46,713 nucleotides of DNA, from assembly GCA_032718475.1 (NCBI GenBank), contig JAUCBJ010001084.1, forward strand, positions 1 through 46,713, written 5' to 3'. This stretch comes from Nemertoderma westbladi. Its lineage: Eukaryota > Animalia > Xenacoelomorpha. A program made the position numbers and the translations under genes. Shown in pieces: positions 46,712-46,713 of this stretch. Below the pieces are notes generated by a model. That model saw only the letters and a list, made by a program, of their open reading frames with translations, was not told where the DNA came from and made no database searches. Numbering within the stretch: the stretch's first letter is position 1; each line of letters opens with the position of its first letter.

Positions 46712-46713
46712 TC

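Larger units (their letters stand above)
41513..46713 (-). mobile_element. CACTA/EnSpm (CMC)-like two-gene DNA transposon, cut by the window end, with nested insertions
   Basis: Transposase-like C-terminus followed 53 bp later by a spliced DUF4806-like gene. Candidate terminus CCCTGCAAACA at 41513 with AACGTT-rich subterminal repeats (41513-41815). The boundary is inferred. Confidence 0.55.

Overview
Eukaryotic genomic DNA, most likely from an invertebrate animal: AT-rich intergenic sequence, GT-AG introns, tRNA-derived SINEs, DNA transposons and satellites. I found no prokaryotic system or CRISPR array. Minus-strand host genes are very intron-poor: two tandem intronless alanine aminotransferase (GPT/ALT) paralogs, a CC2D1/Lgd gene (1 intron), CC2D2A (1 intron), an intronless mitochondrial valyl-tRNA synthetase (VARS2) and a 274-aa charged ORF I cannot assign. 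A spliced galectin-like gene with a degenerate sugar-binding motif lies on the + strand. Repeats include 30-, 20-, 53- and 161-bp tandem arrays, a 1.05-kb foldback element, a TA-flanked MITE, SINEs, an RTE remnant and a Ginger1-type deletion derivative with CCGG TSDs. At the right edge is a two-gene CACTA/EnSpm-like element (transposase C-terminus plus a 6-exon DUF4806-like gene). The most interesting signals are the clustering of ALT paralog differences in two active-site segments, the strong intron loss, a cluster of RFX X-box motifs, and pervasive TA-filler-TA footprint-like micro-insertions. All family assignments come from motif recognition by eye, not database searches.
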